From Candidatus Levybacteria bacterium RIFCSPLOWO2_02_FULL_37_18 (GTDB taxonomy: Bacteria > Patescibacteriota > Microgenomatia > Levybacterales > UBA12049): a stretch of DNA of 59,888 nucleotides. The first letter of the stretch is position 1, and every line of letters starts with the position of its first letter. Positions 49,250-58,307 of the stretch are shown in pieces. Under the pieces are notes generated by a model, which was not told where the DNA came from, searched no databases, and was given only the letters and a program-made list of their open reading frames with translations. A program made the position numbers and the translations under genes. The stretch is taken from the NCBI GenBank assembly GCA_001784115.1, contig MFPD01000020.1:1-59888 (forward strand), in the 5' to 3' direction.

Positions 49250-49773
49250 AGAAACTGAATCTTCTTCTTATTTTTTTTGTTCTTTTTTTAAGTATACAAT
49301 CAATAGCTTTTGCGAATAGTTCGTATGTTCTCCCGTATCCTTCTAGCATGCCGGGAAGTATTCCTTATAAAGTTCATGTATTTATAGAACATATTTTAAA
49401 GTATTGGTATTTTGGAAGCTTTTCCCAATTTAAATACAATAGAAAATACGCAGACAAATATTTAATTGAAGCAAAAGTGCTTTTTGAATACGGCCAATAT
49501 CCTTTGGCTATTAAAGCATTGGAAAAATCAAACTTCTATTTTAAGAACGAATCCGATTTTCTTGTTCAAGCGGAAAGAGAAAATAAAAATATTAGTGAAA
49601 AAATGATGCTATTAAAAAATGCTTCACAAAAACATATAGAGGTTTTAGAAAAAATTAAAAAGGAGGTTCCAGAAAAATTTAATTGGAGTCCAGAAAAATC
49701 AATCCCGTACGAACTTCAAATACGCACAATAATTGACAAAGCGATTAAGGATCGAATGCAAGTATATGAATAA
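49246..49773 (+). CDS. Secreted helical protein, DUF5667-like
   Basis: Signal peptide MKK-hydrophobic-AFA; YVLPYPSSMPGSIPYK, ADKYLIEA, KHIEVL. Confidence 0.6.
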   Translation: MKKLNLLLIFFVLFLSIQSIAFANSSYVLPYPSSMPGSIPYKVHVFIEHILKYWYFGSFSQFKYNRKYADKYLIEAKVLFEYGQYPLAIKALEKSNFYFKNESDFLVQAERENKNISEKMMLLKNASQKHIEVLEKIKKEVPEKFNWSPEKSIPYELQIRTIIDKAIKDRMQVYE

Positions 49774-50869
49774 AGCGTTTTTTTTTCTATTCGGAACATT
49801 CTTATTTCTAGTAAGTGTATTTTCATATTTGTTTGTCGAATCCAATGTTTTTTCCTTTTTTTTTGCTAGTTTTGCATTTAATAATAGATTAATAGTTTCA
49901 ATATTATTTATTATTGTAATATCAATATTTTTTCTTTTTTACTTGTTTCTCATTAGCAAAATTAAAGAAAAATCGATAACAATTTTTGATGTTTGGAAAA
50001 TTATTTTTCTTACTTGCATTTTTTTATTATTTTCTTATCCCGCGATGCTTTCGTATGATATATTTAATTACATTGTAACTGCGAAAGTAATATATCTGTA
50101 TCAGGAAAATCCATATATAATAATGCCAATTGAGTTTATCAGAGAACCACTTCTTGAATTCATGCACGCCGCAAACAAGATATCCTTATATGGTCCTTCC
50201 TGGATATTTTTAAGTTTTATTCCACATTTTACTGGTTTTCAAAATTTTACTTTTACATTGTTAACATTTAAAATTTTTAATCTTTTATTTTATTTAGGAA
50301 CAACGGTCTTAATATGGAAGCTTACAAAGAAAATTGTTTCGGTTGCTCTATTTTCTCTTAATCCTTTGGTAATAATAGAAACATTGATAAGTAGTCATAA
50401 TGATATTGTTATGATATTTTTTATGCTTTGTTCTTTTTTTTATATTCAGCAAAATAAAAAGATTCTAGCTCTGTTATTTTTGTTTGTTTCTATTCTGGTT
50501 AAGTATGCAACCATTTTTTTAGCCCCCATTTTTATATATCTTCTTTGGAAGAAAAATCAAGACATTAATTGGCAAAAAATATATAAATATTCTTTAATAT
50601 TAATGTCATTACCCTTTTTTCTTTCTCCTTTCAGAGAAGAAATATATCCATGGTATGCCATTTGGTTCCTTGTTTTTACGTCGCTGGTAAATAAAAAGAT
50701 AATAAATCAATTAACAACGGTATTTTCTTTCAGTTTGCTCTTGCGGTATATACCTTTTATCTATTGGGGTACTCATGCTGGTATTACTCCTTTTTTAAAA
50801 ATTGGAGTTACCTTTTTCCCGCTATCACTCTACAGTATCTATTATTGGATTAAAAGAAGATATGCGTAG
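49766..50869 (+). CDS. GT-C membrane glycosyltransferase, MptA/MptB-like (paralog of 7563)
   Basis: LSYDIFNY, ENPY, LYGPSW, LNPLVIIE...SSHND, YPWYAIW. Start at ATG 49766. Confidence 0.7.
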   Translation: MNKAFFFLFGTFLFLVSVFSYLFVESNVFSFFFASFAFNNRLIVSILFIIVISIFFLFYLFLISKIKEKSITIFDVWKIIFLTCIFLLFSYPAMLSYDIFNYIVTAKVIYLYQENPYIIMPIEFIREPLLEFMHAANKISLYGPSWIFLSFIPHFTGFQNFTFTLLTFKIFNLLFYLGTTVLIWKLTKKIVSVALFSLNPLVIIETLISSHNDIVMIFFMLCSFFYIQQNKKILALLFLFVSILVKYATIFLAPIFIYLLWKKNQDINWQKIYKYSLILMSLPFFLSPFREEIYPWYAIWFLVFTSLVNKKIINQLTTVFSFSLLLRYIPFIYWGTHAGITPFLKIGVTFFPLSLYSIYYWIKRRYA

Positions 50870-52502
50870 AATTTTGCCGTTTCTTATCGTATTAGCTTTT
50901 GGGTTTTTCTCTGTTTTATCTCTATTTCATCCGGGTTTACCTCCAACTCATGACGGAGAATACCACGTGGTAAGATTTTATGAGTTTAATAAAACATTAT
51001 TAAGCGGGCAATTATATCCAAGGTGGGCACCTGATTTAAATAAAGGATACGGTTCTCCCATACTTAATTATTACTATCAATTGCCAAATTATTTTGCGTC
51101 TTTTTTGCATCTGTTAGGACTTAGTTTTATAGATTCTTTCAAAATCGAATTAATTCTAGCTACCTTATTCGGTGGGTTACTCTTTTTTTTATGGGCAAGA
51201 ATATTTTGGGGAACGGCTGGAGGAGTAATTTCTTCAGTTTTGTATATATATTCACCTTATCGTCTGGTTGACATTTTTATACGAGGGTCTGTGGGTGAAG
51301 TTCTTGCATTGTGTTTTTTCCCGGGGTTTTTGTGGTCTATAACTGAGTTTGTAAAAAGAAGAGAGCGGAAATTTTTTGTTTTTTCGGTACTTCTTCTTTC
51401 TCTTGTGATTTTCTCTCACAATATATTGGCTTATATGTTTTTTTCTTTTGCAATTTTATATACTTTTTTTATACTACTTATTAACAAAGTTGGGAAGAAA
51501 ACATGGATATTTTCCACGGTCATTTTATTATTGAGTATAGGAATAGCAGGTATATTTTGGGTACCAGCTTTATTCGAGAGACATTACGTGCAAGGACTTG
51601 AAATTTTTGACTATAAAAGTCATTTCCCCGAACTTTATCAGCTTTTATTTCCATCGTGGGGAACAGGTTTTTCTAATTCTGACCTAGGAAATGAAATGTC
51701 TTTTCAGCTAGGAGTAATGAATCTTATCTCGGTATTTTTTGGAATAGCGAGTTTTTTTATTTTAAAAGAAAAAAATTTAAAAAAAACTATTTTATTTTTT
51801 ATAACAGGATTTTCTTTCGTTCTCTTTCTGATGCTTAAAAACTCGTTATTTTTATGGGAATACATTCCTTTTTTAAATTATTTTCAGTTTCCCTGGCGGT
51901 TATTAAGCTTAGAGATAATAATAACTTCATTTTTAGGTGGAAGTTTATGGAAAATGATTGTTTCTGAAAAATCTAAAACTAAAGGTTTTATTTCATTGGT
52001 TATTTTTGCAATATGTACTGTAATTGTCACATCTGAATATATAAAACCTGCCTATTTCTTGGAAAGATCAGATGATTACTATATTACGGAATCAGATTTT
52101 ATTGATAGTACAAATACTCCAGGTAATGCTTTAAATGTAGTAGGCTTCAACAGCCAATTAAAACGGACTAAAGAAAAAATTAGCTTTATTAGTGATTCGG
52201 GCGTTATTCTTTCAGAGATGATTTCTCCCACTCGCTATATTTTCAATGTAAACCTTAAAAATAATACAACAGCGGTAATTCAAACGGCGTATTTTCCGGC
52301 TTGGAGAGCAAAGACGAATAAAGGAAAAATAAATCTTACTAAAGATGAAAATGGTCTTATAAAAATTGATCTTAATAGTTCCGTTAAATCTCTTGAAATA
52401 TTTTTTACATCTACCGTTTTTGTGAAAGCGGGAGAATTTCTTTCCGCATTTTCTTTAATAAGTTTGATTTTTGTATATCATTATTTCAGGAAAACAATTT
52501 AA
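50862..52502 (+). CDS. GT-C-type membrane protein, PTPS-related (HD-motif) family, copy 4
   Basis: THDGEYHVVRF, YPRWAPDLNKGYGSP, PYRLVDIFIRGSVGE, QFPWRLL, YFPAW. Start at ATG 50862. Confidence 0.75.
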   Translation: MRRILPFLIVLAFGFFSVLSLFHPGLPPTHDGEYHVVRFYEFNKTLLSGQLYPRWAPDLNKGYGSPILNYYYQLPNYFASFLHLLGLSFIDSFKIELILATLFGGLLFFLWARIFWGTAGGVISSVLYIYSPYRLVDIFIRGSVGEVLALCFFPGFLWSITEFVKRRERKFFVFSVLLLSLVIFSHNILAYMFFSFAILYTFFILLINKVGKKTWIFSTVILLLSIGIAGIFWVPALFERHYVQGLEIFDYKSHFPELYQLLFPSWGTGFSNSDLGNEMSFQLGVMNLISVFFGIASFFILKEKNLKKTILFFITGFSFVLFLMLKNSLFLWEYIPFLNYFQFPWRLLSLEIIITSFLGGSLWKMIVSEKSKTKGFISLVIFAICTVIVTSEYIKPAYFLERSDDYYITESDFIDSTNTPGNALNVVGFNSQLKRTKEKISFISDSGVILSEMISPTRYIFNVNLKNNTTAVIQTAYFPAWRAKTNKGKINLTKDENGLIKIDLNSSVKSLEIFFTSTVFVKAGEFLSAFSLISLIFVYHYFRKTI

Positions 52503-52503
52503 A

Positions 52504-54060
52504 ATGAATAAAGAGATTAAAGCTTTTAACAGATTTTTTCCTCTTCATAAAGTTTTATTTTTATTAATTTTTACTTTATTTTTTGCGCCTTTGGGATATA
52601 CATTTATACAAAGAATCGGCGCTTTTGGCTGTTCTGATCAATGCGCTAATTTCGTAGCCGCTTATTTCATGCTTAAAGGGAAACAACTTTATTCTCAGGT
52701 ATTCTTTAATCATCAATTGTTAATGCCTTACATTAGTTTTATTCTTCAATATGTTTTCCATCCAGTTTCTATCTATAAACTCGTCCTTCATCATCATATT
52801 TTTATGGTATTACTCGCATTTATTATAAATAGTATATTGATTGTTAGATTCGGTATTGTAGGATTTTGTTTTGCAATTTTTTATGAAGCAACGAAATATT
52901 ATCTGCATGGGAATCTGTTTCTTCCTGAAGCAATTGCGGTCTATCCGTTAATATATATGTTTCTGCTTGCTATAAAGACCTTTAAAGGAGATAAAATAAA
53001 AAGAACCGATGCTCTCATAGCGGCATTGACAACATGGTTTGTAATTTTTCTCAGGGAGCCATATATCCCTTTGTCATTATTGTTATTTTCACGCATAGTT
53101 ATTTATTGTTCGAAAAAAAATAAAATTCTTTCAATATGTATTCTTATTGTGTTATCGGTTGTTTCATTTTTTTCAGTTGATTTTTCCAATTACATTTTTG
53201 ATGTTTTTACGGTAAACAGTCAGTCCATTCAACAGAGAATAAGTTTAGAAAACATCGCTAAATCATTTTTTTATCCAGTCCTTATACTTATAGATGGAAA
53301 AAGGACATTTTTAGGAGAACTACTATTCCTTTTAAATGTTGTTTTTCTTATTTTTTCTTTTATTTTCTTAACCGTTTTTAAGGAAAAAAAATTAATGTCA
53401 TTCATCTTTATCGTACTTGGGTTTTCAGCAATACGGTTTGTTCAGCCTGGTACCATGTATTTTGAGGCATTTCATATTTTGCCTTGGTACGCTTTATTTC
53501 TTGCATCTATTTTTTATATGTTTGAAAGGATTTTGGAATTTTTGAAGAAAAAGAGATTATTCTGTAGTGTAGTAGTATATTTTGTTCTTATATTTCTTTA
53601 TATAGTTTTTTCCCCGCGATCATTTCTTCAGGATTCAATTGATAAGCAAAGGGAATTTACTACCAATTTTGCTTCATACTTCGCATATGGTCAAACAATA
53701 AAAACACTTGCAGAAAAAGAAAGTACAGTTTATCTAGATGTATGGGACGATTTAATATATTGGGAAACTGGTCTTGATTCACCATTTCAGTATTCGTTAT
53801 TTATTCCGGTAATGAAAATAATTCCAAAGTTTGAAAACGCTAGATTAGAGATGTTTAAAAAGACTCCGCCCGATTTTTATTATTCAAGATGTACTGAGAA
53901 AGATAATTATTCTTTTCCGCCCTTAAATATCCAAAATTCGTATCTGCAACTCCTTAAAAATGGAGAAAATAGTTGTTTATTTATCAAGAAATTTATTCTC
54001 GACAAGGTCACAAAACAGCAAATTGTAAAAATAGCACAATTTGGGTTCTCAACCCCATAA
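52504..54060 (+). CDS. Polytopic membrane protein, probable GT-C glycosyltransferase
   Basis: Loop-1 SDQCANF followed by GKQLYSQVFFNHQ (resembles the G..LY....dH.P pattern of GT-C proteins), LPE, FHILPW, C-terminal PPDF. Start at ATG 52504. Confidence 0.6.
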   Translation: MNKEIKAFNRFFPLHKVLFLLIFTLFFAPLGYTFIQRIGAFGCSDQCANFVAAYFMLKGKQLYSQVFFNHQLLMPYISFILQYVFHPVSIYKLVLHHHIFMVLLAFIINSILIVRFGIVGFCFAIFYEATKYYLHGNLFLPEAIAVYPLIYMFLLAIKTFKGDKIKRTDALIAALTTWFVIFLREPYIPLSLLLFSRIVIYCSKKNKILSICILIVLSVVSFFSVDFSNYIFDVFTVNSQSIQQRISLENIAKSFFYPVLILIDGKRTFLGELLFLLNVVFLIFSFIFLTVFKEKKLMSFIFIVLGFSAIRFVQPGTMYFEAFHILPWYALFLASIFYMFERILEFLKKKRLFCSVVVYFVLIFLYIVFSPRSFLQDSIDKQREFTTNFASYFAYGQTIKTLAEKESTVYLDVWDDLIYWETGLDSPFQYSLFIPVMKIIPKFENARLEMFKKTPPDFYYSRCTEKDNYSFPPLNIQNSYLQLLKNGENSCLFIKKFILDKVTKQQIVKIAQFGFSTP

Positions 54061-54091
54061 AACCAACGTCTCAAAGTAGGTAAAATTTAGG

Positions 54092-54097
54092 TATAAT
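54092..54097 (+). promoter_or_regulatory. Internal -10 box (probably leaderless)
   Basis: TATAAT with ATG 6 nt downstream at 54104; no convincing -35. Confidence 0.5.
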
Positions 54098-54103
54098 ATC
54101 ATT

Positions 54104-55168
54104 ATGAATATAGCGATAGATATTTCTCCTTTACATTCAGGTAATTTTCTTCAGCATCGAGTTCGAGGAACAGGGTTCTATATCGAGAACCTCAAAACAT
54201 CTTTAGAAAAATATTTTCCGGAAAATAATTATATCTACTTTATTAAAGGTGATAAGCTACAAAAAAATACTGATGTCATTCACTATACATACTTTGAACC
54301 GTTTTTTTTAACCCTTCCTTTAGAAAAAAAACATAAAAAAATAGTTACGGTACATGATGTAACTCCTCTAGTTTTTCCTATTCATTTTCCTCCGGGAATA
54401 AAAGGAAAAATTAAATGGGAAATACAAAAAAAAGCATTAAAAAACTCAGATATTATAATTACCGATTCATCTTCCTCAAAGCGCGATATTATTAAATATA
54501 CAGGTATAAAAGACGAAAAAATAAAAGTAATTTATTTAGCTGCGAAAGAAAACTTTGTTCCATTGAAAAATAAAAATACAAAACAAGAAATTACTAAAAA
54601 ATACAATATACCATCAGAGTTTATTCTCTATGTTGGAGATATAACATGGAATAAAAATGTTCCGCGCTTAATCGAAGCTGTAAATACAATAGAAATTCCC
54701 TTGGTTATAGTTGGTAAAGCTCTTTCGGATCAAGAGTTAGGAAAAACAGATAGGAAAAATTTATGGAATCAAGATCTTTTTAAAGTTGAGCAACTAATTA
54801 AACAAAATAAAGAAATTTTTAGACTTGGATTTGTTCCGGAAGAAGATCTCATTAAGTTATATAATAGCGCAAGGGTGTTTCTTATGCCATCTTTGTACGA
54901 GGGCTTTGGTCTTCCTGTTCTTGAAGCTATGAGCTGCGGCTGTCCGGTTATAACCTCTAAGGATGGATCTTTAGAAGAAGTTGGAGGCGAGGCTGTATTT
55001 TATGTTGACGCGCATAACACAAACAGTATTGCTTCCGGAGTAAAAGAAGTATTTATAGATTCAAAAAAACAAATTGAATTAAAGAAAAAAGGATTAGTAC
55101 AGGCAAAAAAATTTTCATGGAAAAAAACTGCTGAGGAAACAATAAAAGTTTATGAAGGAACGAATTAA
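54104..55168 (+). CDS. GT4 (GT-B) glycosyltransferase, MtfB-like
   Basis: RGTGFY, VTVHDV.PL, FILYVG, KNV.RL, PSLYEGFGLPVLEAMSCG, FSWKKTA. Confidence 0.9.
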   Translation: MNIAIDISPLHSGNFLQHRVRGTGFYIENLKTSLEKYFPENNYIYFIKGDKLQKNTDVIHYTYFEPFFLTLPLEKKHKKIVTVHDVTPLVFPIHFPPGIKGKIKWEIQKKALKNSDIIITDSSSSKRDIIKYTGIKDEKIKVIYLAAKENFVPLKNKNTKQEITKKYNIPSEFILYVGDITWNKNVPRLIEAVNTIEIPLVIVGKALSDQELGKTDRKNLWNQDLFKVEQLIKQNKEIFRLGFVPEEDLIKLYNSARVFLMPSLYEGFGLPVLEAMSCGCPVITSKDGSLEEVGGEAVFYVDAHNTNSIASGVKEVFIDSKKQIELKKKGLVQAKKFSWKKTAEETIKVYEGTN

Positions 55169-56411
55169 ACGAGTAGCACAGAATCCACTTATCTTAGGAA
55201 GTGCTGTTATATTTTTTGGTACTCTTTTTGCTAACTTTTTAAATTTCTTGTTTAATTTTTACATGACAAGAAATATGACCGTTTCCGATTATGGAATTCT
55301 ATCAAGTCTTGTTTCAGTTATAATGCTTTCTGCATTAACGTCTGATTCTTTTGCTCCAACAATCGTGCATTTTTCCGGCGGTTTTTTTGCGCGGAAAGAA
55401 ACCGAAAAAGTGATTGGCCTATTCCATGAACTGAATAGATATTTTCTTGCTTTAGGGATATTAATTCTCGCGCTGTTTTTAGTTTTTGGTAAATATATTG
55501 GTATTTTTTTTAAAATAGAAGATCAATTTCTAGTAATTTTAGTTGGAATAATAGTATTCATTAATCTTTTAGGAACTGTTAATAGAGGAATTTTGCAAGC
55601 CAAATTGTCCTTTAGATATATTTCTTTTATATATATATGTTCTTCGTTTGTTAAGCTTGTTATTGGTATTTCTTTAGTAATTCTCGGTTTTAGGGTTAAA
55701 GGTCCTTTGTGGGCATTTATTATATCTTTTTCTGTTGCATATTTTTTAACTTTTTTTCCATTAAAATTTTTACTAAAGAGAGAAGGTAAAACATCAGGGG
55801 TACGTATCGGAGAGATAGTATCCTATGCAGCTCCAGCTACTCTGTCGCTTGTTGGACTTACTTCTTTTATCTCAACTGACATTTTGCTCGTAAAACACTT
55901 TTTTTCGAGTGATGATGCAGGGATTTACGCGGGAATATCACTTTTAGGAAGAATAATTTACTTTTTCACAGCTCCGATAACAATGGTATTATTTCCTCTT
56001 ATTGTACAAAGGAATACCCGAGGAGAAAAGTACATTCATTTGCTAAAATTAGGAGGATTATTAGTTTTTTTATGTTCGTTTGCAATTACAATCAGTTACT
56101 ATCTCTTCCCTGATTTTTTTATAAAAATTATATTAAAAAGAGAGGAATATTTAATAGGCATACCCTTCTTAGGACTTTTTGGAATTTTTATGATTATATA
56201 TTCATTACTGTTTTTAATAACAAATTTTTATTTGTCAATTAAGAAGACAAAAGTATTTCTAGTAATACTTTTTTTTGCTTTTTTACAAGGTATTTTAATA
56301 TGGTTTTACCATGAGACTTTTCAAAATATCGTCTTAATTTCAATATTTTCATGCCTTATTCCATTGTCACTTTTTATTTTACACCTTGCGTTTTATGGAA
56401 AAAATAAATAA
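55152..56411 (+). CDS. wzx: Oligosaccharide flippase (Wzx/MOP superfamily, short form)
   Basis: 419 aa polytopic; SDYG.L.SL, RGILQA, STDILLVKHFF, AGIYAG.SLLGRII, VLFP. Confidence 0.82.
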   Translation: MKERIKRVAQNPLILGSAVIFFGTLFANFLNFLFNFYMTRNMTVSDYGILSSLVSVIMLSALTSDSFAPTIVHFSGGFFARKETEKVIGLFHELNRYFLALGILILALFLVFGKYIGIFFKIEDQFLVILVGIIVFINLLGTVNRGILQAKLSFRYISFIYICSSFVKLVIGISLVILGFRVKGPLWAFIISFSVAYFLTFFPLKFLLKREGKTSGVRIGEIVSYAAPATLSLVGLTSFISTDILLVKHFFSSDDAGIYAGISLLGRIIYFFTAPITMVLFPLIVQRNTRGEKYIHLLKLGGLLVFLCSFAITISYYLFPDFFIKIILKREEYLIGIPFLGLFGIFMIIYSLLFLITNFYLSIKKTKVFLVILFFAFLQGILIWFYHETFQNIVLISIFSCLIPLSLFILHLAFYGKNK

Positions 56412-57207
56412 TAAAACTCAACATCTTGTTTCCCTAATAATTCCTGCATACAGACAAGAGAAAACAATAATAGAGGACATAATTCGTATAAAAGATGTCT
56501 TAGAACAACTTAGATATGACTATGAAATGATAGTTGTTGTAGACGGAAAAGTAGATAATACTTTGCAAAATGCAAAGAAGGTCACATCTCCTAAAATTAG
56601 AGTAACCGGTTACGAACACAATCATGGAAAGGGATTTGCAATTCGATACGGAATGATGCATTCAAAAGGAGATATTGTTGGCTTCATAGATTCGGGAATG
56701 GATCTTAATCCCAACGGTTTATCTATGCTTTTAGAACATTTTGAATGGTACAATGCCGACATCATAATTGGCAGTAAAAGACATCCCGCTTCGAGAGTAA
56801 ATTATCCGTTTAAAAGGCGTTTGATAAGCATGCTTTCCCAGATTTTTATTCGAGTTTTGTTTGGATTAAATGTTCGAGATACCCAGGTTGGCATGAAGTT
56901 TTTTAAAAGAAAGGTTATAGAGGACACATTGCCTCGTCTTCTAGTAAAAAAATTTGCATTCGATATAGAGATTTTAGTAGTGGCATACGGTTTGGGGTAT
57001 AAAAAGATATATGAGGCTCCTATTGAACTAGAGCATATCTTTTCTGAAAGTATTGTTTCCAACAGACTTATTCTGGAGGTTTTAGATACTCTTTGGGATA
57101 CTCTTGCGATATTTTATCGGCTTAAAATTCTTCGTTACTATGATAATAAAAATAAAAGAAGGTGGAGATATGATCCGGAGCTAAAGTTTGAGGTAAACAT
57201 GCCGTAA
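56395..57207 (+). CDS. GT2, DPG/DPM-synthase-like polyprenyl-phosphate glycosyltransferase
   Basis: SLIIPAY, NHGKGFAIRYG, FIDSGMDL, GSKRHP, DTQVGMKFF, FAFDIEIL. Start at ATG 56395. Confidence 0.83.
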   Translation: MEKINNKTQHLVSLIIPAYRQEKTIIEDIIRIKDVLEQLRYDYEMIVVVDGKVDNTLQNAKKVTSPKIRVTGYEHNHGKGFAIRYGMMHSKGDIVGFIDSGMDLNPNGLSMLLEHFEWYNADIIIGSKRHPASRVNYPFKRRLISMLSQIFIRVLFGLNVRDTQVGMKFFKRKVIEDTLPRLLVKKFAFDIEILVVAYGLGYKKIYEAPIELEHIFSESIVSNRLILEVLDTLWDTLAIFYRLKILRYYDNKNKRRWRYDPELKFEVNMP

Positions 57208-57208
57208 G

Positions 57209-58306
57209 ATGAAAATCTTAATACTAAACTGGCGGGATATAAAACATCCACTGGCAGGGGGCGCAGAAATTTCTACGCATGAACATGCTAAGGGATGGGT
57301 AAAAGCTGGACATGAAGTTTTTCAATTTTCATCCTCCTTTCCAAATGCAAAAAAAGAGGAGGTAATAGATTCAATAAGAATAATTAGAAGAGGAAATCAT
57401 TACACGGTACACCTCTATGCATTTTTTTATTTTTTAAGGTATTTAAGAAAACGAATAGATTTAATTATTGATGAGTTTCATTTTATTCCTTTTTTTACTC
57501 CGCTTTATACAAAATCTAAAAAATTAGCATTCATTCATGAAACCGCAGAGGAGATTTGGCTGAGGCATAGATTATTCCCTATAAATATTATAGGATATTT
57601 TATTGAGCCCCTGTTTTTCAAACTGTATAGGAATATTCCATTTATGACCGTTTCAAATTCAACAAAAAATGATCTTGTCCGATTTGGAATAAACAAAAAT
57701 AATATTACTATAATTAATAATGGAGTAAATATTGTTAAGCGTAGGTCAGAAAAAGAAAAAACAGCAACGATAATTTGTCTTAACAAATTGTCAAACGATA
57801 AAGGAAGTGAAGACGCAATTTACGCATTCCATGAAGTCTTGAAATATGAGAGAAATACTCATCTTTGGATGGTTGGAAAAGAAGATGAGAAAGGATACAA
57901 AGAAAAGCTCAAGCAAATAGCAAAGAATTTAGGGATAGAAAATAAAATATTTTTCTTTGGCTTTGTATCCGAAGAAAAAAAGTTCAATTTGCTCGGGAAG
58001 GCTTGGATTTTAATACACCCATCAATAAAAGAAGGATGGGGATTAAATGTCATAGAAGCTGCCAGTTGTGGAACTCCGACTGTTGCTTATGATACATCGG
58101 GTCTTCGAGATGCAATAGTTGACGGACAGACCGGTTTGCTCGTAAAGAAAAGAAATCCTATAGAATTAGGAAGGAGCATATATTCGCTTTTGAACAATCA
58201 ACAGTTTTATAATATTTTGAGTAAAAACGCCTTGGCGTGGAGTAAAAAATTTGACTGGAAAAAATCAGCTGAGGAAAGTCTAAAGCTGATTGAAAATATA
58301 ATATAG
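57209..58306 (+). CDS. GT4 (GT-B) glycosyltransferase
   Basis: NWRDIKHPLAGGAE, TVSNST, PSIKEGWGLNVIEAA, GLRDAIVDGQTG. Confidence 0.9.
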   Translation: MKILILNWRDIKHPLAGGAEISTHEHAKGWVKAGHEVFQFSSSFPNAKKEEVIDSIRIIRRGNHYTVHLYAFFYFLRYLRKRIDLIIDEFHFIPFFTPLYTKSKKLAFIHETAEEIWLRHRLFPINIIGYFIEPLFFKLYRNIPFMTVSNSTKNDLVRFGINKNNITIINNGVNIVKRRSEKEKTATIICLNKLSNDKGSEDAIYAFHEVLKYERNTHLWMVGKEDEKGYKEKLKQIAKNLGIENKIFFFGFVSEEKKFNLLGKAWILIHPSIKEGWGLNVIEAASCGTPTVAYDTSGLRDAIVDGQTGLLVKKRNPIELGRSIYSLLNNQQFYNILSKNALAWSKKFDWKKSAEESLKLIENII

Positions 58307-58307
58307 T

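Noticed and set aside
7773-49864. A9/T9 homopolymers (e.g. 7773-7781, 8427-8435, 11338-11346, 49856-49864) as phase-variation tracts
   Set aside because: Such runs are expected in very AT-rich genes rich in Phe and Lys codons, and all are in frame; read-level data would be needed.
15612-56394. Longest-ORF starts from the track (15612, 17218, 26281, 28149, 34790, 42140, 49733, 50802, 52471, 56386)
   Set aside because: They create long overlaps, mostly from TTG codons. Downstream ATGs at or near the previous stop fit the translational coupling pattern and the paralog N-termini better.
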